DNA of 64,000 nt from Sphyrna mokarran (lineage: Eukaryota), in NCBI GenBank assembly GCA_024679065.1, contig JAGIQG010000019.1, forward strand, positions 27,404,001-27,468,000. Reading direction: 5' to 3'. Each line of letters starts with the position of its first letter. Within the stretch, counting starts at the first letter, position 1. The notes under the pieces were generated by a model, which worked only from the letters and a program-made list of their open reading frames with translations, was not told where the DNA came from and searched no databases. Both the position numbers and the translations under genes were made by a program. Below are positions 60,446-64,000 of this stretch, in pieces.

Positions 60446-61525
60446 CAAAGAACAAAACAGCATGGGAAACAGGCCCTTCGGCCCAACGAGACCGTGCCAC
60501 CATCCCGATGTTCCCACCTCTACCCGTGATCCCTGTCCATGTTTATTGATCTATGGATTAAAAACCAAATTTGAGACAATTTAGGGAGACTTTGTTTTGC
60601 CAATTAGCCTAAGAGCACATCTTTGGGATGTGGCAGGAAACCAGAGCACCCGGAGAAAACCCACGCAAGCACGGGGGGAATGCGCAAACTCCCACAGACA
60701 CAGGCCCAAATCCATGTATCTGCACAGCACAGCGATAGTCACTGAACTGTCATGTTGCCCATCAGATGGTCCAGGTCAAGCGTACACTAATGCCGTGAAG
60801 CACTAGGATACTCTCAACAAAAAAATCCAAAAGCAGCCCTCTCACGATCCATCGCGTGTATGCCCCTTGTTAGACAACAAGGTGGACCAAAGCACCTGTA
60901 GGATAAAAACAAGTACATCAATATCATCATCTATTTACACATTTCCCGGGAACTCCCAAGGTTCATGGTCCCTATTTTAAATCAGTTTTCTATACCCCTT
61001 CATTCCCATTCTGTTTATGTGCCCATCTAAGTATTTCTTAAATAACTCCAGAATGCCTGCCTCCACCACTTTACTTGGCAGCGCATTCCATACCCCCACA
61101 ACCCTCTGTGTGAAAAAACTCCCTCTAGCATCCAAATTATACCTCACCCCCCTCACCCTAAGTCCGTGACCCCTCGTGCTATTCGAGTCCATCCTAGGAA
61201 AAAGCTTAACCCTGTTTACTCTATCTATACCTCTCATAATCTTGTACACCTCTATTAGATCTCCTCTAAGTCTATGTCTTTCTAAGGAAAACATTCCCAA
61301 TTTGCCTAACCTCTCCTCGTAACTCAGACCTTCCATACCAGGCAGCATCCTGGTAAATCTCCTCTGCACTCTCTCCAGAATCTCCATGTCCTTCCGGTGG
61401 TAGGGTGACCAGAACTGGACGCAGTATTCCAAATGAGGTCTAACCATAGTTTTATACAACTGCATCATTAAAGGCCAGCTCTTGTACTCTATATCCCTTC
61501 CTATAAAGGCTAGCATACCATATGC
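60446..61525 (-). mobile_element. CR1 LINE 3' end with V-SINE-derived 3' UTR (second long copy)
   Basis: ORF ending ...GYRKLI* at 60977; UTR highly similar to 17045-17574. Confidence 0.9.
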
Positions 61526-61644
61526 ATACAAAAGAAACTTATCATACAAAAAAAACTTAAATCAGAATATTTCTATTGCATTGACAATCTCTATGATACC
61601 CATCACTTACATAAGGCCAAAAAATGTTTCAGTGCACAGGTGAT

Positions 61645-61935
61645 GGATGGCACAATAGTTAGCACTATTGCCTCACAGCTAGGGACCTAGGTTCAATTTC
61701 AGCCTCAGGTGACTCTCTGTGTGGAGTCTGTACATTCTCTCCATGTTTGTGTGTTGCCTCTGCATGCTCCAGTTTCCACCCACATTACAAAAATGTATTG
61801 ACTATGGTAAATTAGTGTCAGGGGGACCAGCAAGATAAATATGTGGGCCTGTAGGGGATAGGGCATAGGTGGGATAGTTGTTGGTGCAATTTCAATAGGC
61901 TGAATGTCCTCCTTCTTCACTGTAGGAAATCTATG
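61645..61935 (+). mobile_element. HE1-like V-SINE
   Basis: tRNA head, V-domain, CR1-type tail. Confidence 0.8.
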
Positions 61936-62799
61936 TCCACGTCATGTAGAACACCATGTGTCTCATATTTAGGGCCTCCCAACAGAGCCCTGGCCTTTGT
62001 TCCTCACCCAGTGTTGTGCTTGTACCTTCATAGGCTGACATTTATGAAGAAAGCAAGGTGTTCAGTGTGAATAGTCCAATTACATCCAAATTCATATTAT
62101 TCTACCTCCTTACTGTGTTCCTGCTCAACAAGAGTTAATACATGTCAATGACATGAACTGACAGCCTCATTTACATTACAACAACATATTACTGACACAG
62201 GTGATTACAATTACTGGTGCTGATCTCATCACAAACATATTGGATGATCTTCAACAATACAAAACTCCAATCCTGACCCGAAGCATCCAATTTCCCCTTC
62301 TGTTACATCAGCCTAAGATTAGATTTCCATATTTGGTACAATCTATTTGAATGGGATAGCTGATTACATTTCAGTACTGATCCATTGAACCATTCCCTTG
62401 TTCCCAAGATGTATTTAGCCCTGTCCATTGGAATATATTCACAGGATGTGTTTTTGTTGAGCTCTTTATTGGAAAGGAGTTAGGACTGTAGTGACTCATG
62501 GTAACATTTGCAATGTGCTTCCATCATCCAACACTGAACACAATATAAATAAAATAATTAACAGTGCAGAGTTTGGCAATAAGACAAACCCTCCAAAGTA
62601 TATCACATCATCAATTACATAAAAGCATCTAGTTTTGAAGAATGTGATTGCTTTACTTCGTTGTGGATTATTTCTGAAGATTCTTTATAAATGTTATCTA
62701 AACAATCATTATAAATACAAAAGACTCAATTCCTGATTGGTCTTCAATCAAAACTTTCATTGTCATGCCAGCACCGAGGGAGACCTGCACTGTCAGAAT

Positions 62800-63030
62800 A
62801 GTGTTCTTTGCAGCTCAGTTGGCTGGATAGCTGGTTAGTGATACAGATCAACACCAATAGCATCGGATCAATTCCTGTACCAACTGAGATTATCCATGAA
62901 GGTCCTACCTTTCAATCTTGCCCTCACCAGAAGTGCAGTGATCCTCAGGTTAAATCACTGCCAGTCAGTTCTCTCTCTCAAAGGGAAAGGCAGCCTCGGG
63001 TCATTGAGACTATGGCGCTTTTACTTATTC
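62800..63030 (+). mobile_element. Old tRNA-derived SINE of a different family
   Basis: A-box gcagctcagttgg and B-box-like ggatcaattcc. Confidence 0.5.
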
Positions 63031-63280
63031 ATTGTCGTGCACATAATTTATGTTATTTCTTACTGCCCATGATCACCGTGTTTGTGAGGAAGGTGTGTTT
63101 TGTTAGCCTTGGACTGATTGTCCCAATTAAAATATTTCTAGTAGCAAGCTTTAGCTTTTTTGTGGATTTAAAAATAAGGGAGGTTAATCATTACCATACA
63201 ATTGCCCCTGAGGTTTAAAAATGTGACAACTAAATCACTAGACTCACCCAAACCAGCACTCCACAAGAATTAGATATAGA

Positions 63281-63710
63281 TAGAACAAAGAGCAACACAG
63301 CACGGGAAACAGGCCCTTCGGCCCAACGAGCCCACGCCGCCGTCCTAACGTCTTAATGACTTTAGGCTATGCCTATTGTGGAAGATTCCCATATACGGAC
63401 CAATATAGGGACAATTTGTTACCCAATCAGCCTAAGAGCACATTTTTGGGATGTGGGAGGAAACCGGAGCACCCGGAGAAAACCCATGCAACCACGGGGA
63501 GAACGCGCAAACTCCCGCAGACACAGGCCCAAATCTATGTGTCTGCACAGCAACAGCGATAGTCTCTGAACTGTCATGTTGCCCATCAGATGGTCCAGTT
63601 TAAGCATACACTAATGACTTGAAGCACTAGGCCACTCCTGAAGCAACATCCAAGAGCAGCCCTCACACGACCTGCTGAATGCATGCACCTTGTTGGTCAA
63701 CAAGGTGAGG
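63281..63710 (-). mobile_element. Divergent-subfamily copy of the V-SINE-tailed CR1 3' UTR
   Basis: Same UTR/V-domain layout as 17045 and 60446, with a different segment near the tail. Confidence 0.82.
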
Positions 63711-64000
63711 AAACAATATACAGTTACGGCTCACGATTGTCTCAATCTTGTTTGTGGCGGGCCTGCAGTTTCTTAGACGAGTTAATACTTTGGTTAAAGT
63801 GAAGGTCTTGTAATATAAAGGATTCTCAGTAAGCTGTGAAATGTTTGTCATTAAATATCCAGGAGGCTTATTTTCAGCTGAATTCAAAGTCATTTCAGTT
63901 TGGAGAAACTCTTTCTATTTGTTAAAAATCTTCCACTTTCAAGGCATTGCTATTTATGCCTTGGCTGTTTGGGTGTCTTGCAGTAGATTGATGTATTTTT

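Noticed and set aside
63663-63893. 76-aa ORF at the right edge as a possible exon
   Set aside because: No recognisable domain or convincing splice sites, and it overlaps a TE boundary

Overview
Eukaryotic, repeat-rich genomic DNA, most likely from a cartilaginous fish (shark-type HE1/V-SINEs, CR1 LINEs, Harbinger and Penelope relics). The main feature, largely missed by the ORF track, is the 5' part of a minus-strand, multi-exon cadherin-repeat gene. I traced 25 coding exons by hand from a signal-peptide ATG at 44413 down to 1602. All have GT-AG splice sites and one continuous frame (3114 nt, ~1038 aa, EC1 to part of EC10), and the gene runs off the left edge. After EC1 the ectodomain is a tandemly amplified 5-exon cassette (89/108/110/146/183 nt = 636 nt = two cadherin domains) in a higher-order A-B-A-B-A array with a period of roughly 14-22 kb (about 18 kb for the B exons). 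Some paralogous exons are almost identical while the introns have diverged and gained separate TE insertions. The repeated domains each carry a conserved Cys pair, have many N-glycosylation sequons and are nearly free of Lys/Arg. The rest is TE-derived, including a CR1 LINE family that appears to have absorbed a whole V-SINE as its 3' end, Penelope-derived hairpins, Harbinger relics and a decayed Gypsy element. All coordinates and counts were made by eye, and TE boundaries are approximate.
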